The notes beneath the pieces are model-generated. The model made no database searches. It was given only the letters and a program-made list of their open reading frames with translations, and had not been told where the DNA came from. Both the position numbers and the translations under genes were made by a program. This document shows positions 63,967 through 64,000 of a DNA stretch of 64,000 nucleotides, piece by piece. How positions within the stretch are numbered: the stretch's first letter is position 1; each line of letters starts with the position of its first letter. Origin of the DNA: Balanoglossus misakiensis (Eukaryota; Animalia; Hemichordata); NCBI GenBank assembly GCA_040954595.2, contig CM082581.2:8603413-8667412 (forward strand), given 5' to 3'.

Positions 63967-64000
63967 GTGAGTGAAAGTTTTGTTTGTGTGCAGGTTTATA

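Noticed and set aside
1-64000. CRISPR arrays, operons, tRNA/rRNA genes, autonomous transposons; also the frequent TACATGTA octamer
   Set aside because: Sequence is eukaryotic and spliced, and none of these features was seen. TACATGTA is dispersed with no positional pattern and looks like genome background.

Overview
Eukaryotic (invertebrate animal, probably deuterostome-like; inferred) genomic DNA with spliced genes, so the six-frame ORF track is mostly noise. Manual splice reconstruction gives three blocks. (1) 2.4-29.2 kb: a cluster of five divergent secreted-protein genes, here ck1-ck5, oriented + - - + -. All have five coding exons with intron phases 1-0-0-0, a signal peptide and four amphipathic helices. 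This is the gene plan of long-chain class-I helical cytokines (IL-6/IL-11/G-CSF, GH/PRL). Several have STAT/NF-kB-like promoter motifs and AU-rich 3' regions. This is the most novel element. (2) 31.0-39.2 kb (-): a cyclic-nucleotide-gated channel subunit with an atypical pore (TVSSLP, no glutamate). (3) 41.5 kb to the window end (+): a DOCK1/2/5-type Rac GEF. It contains a U12 intron and a 4.5-kb intron with a candidate cassette exon whose donor site can pair with two competing downstream elements, plus candidate microexons. All gene models are hand-derived from GT-AG signals and reading-frame continuity; no database searches were run.
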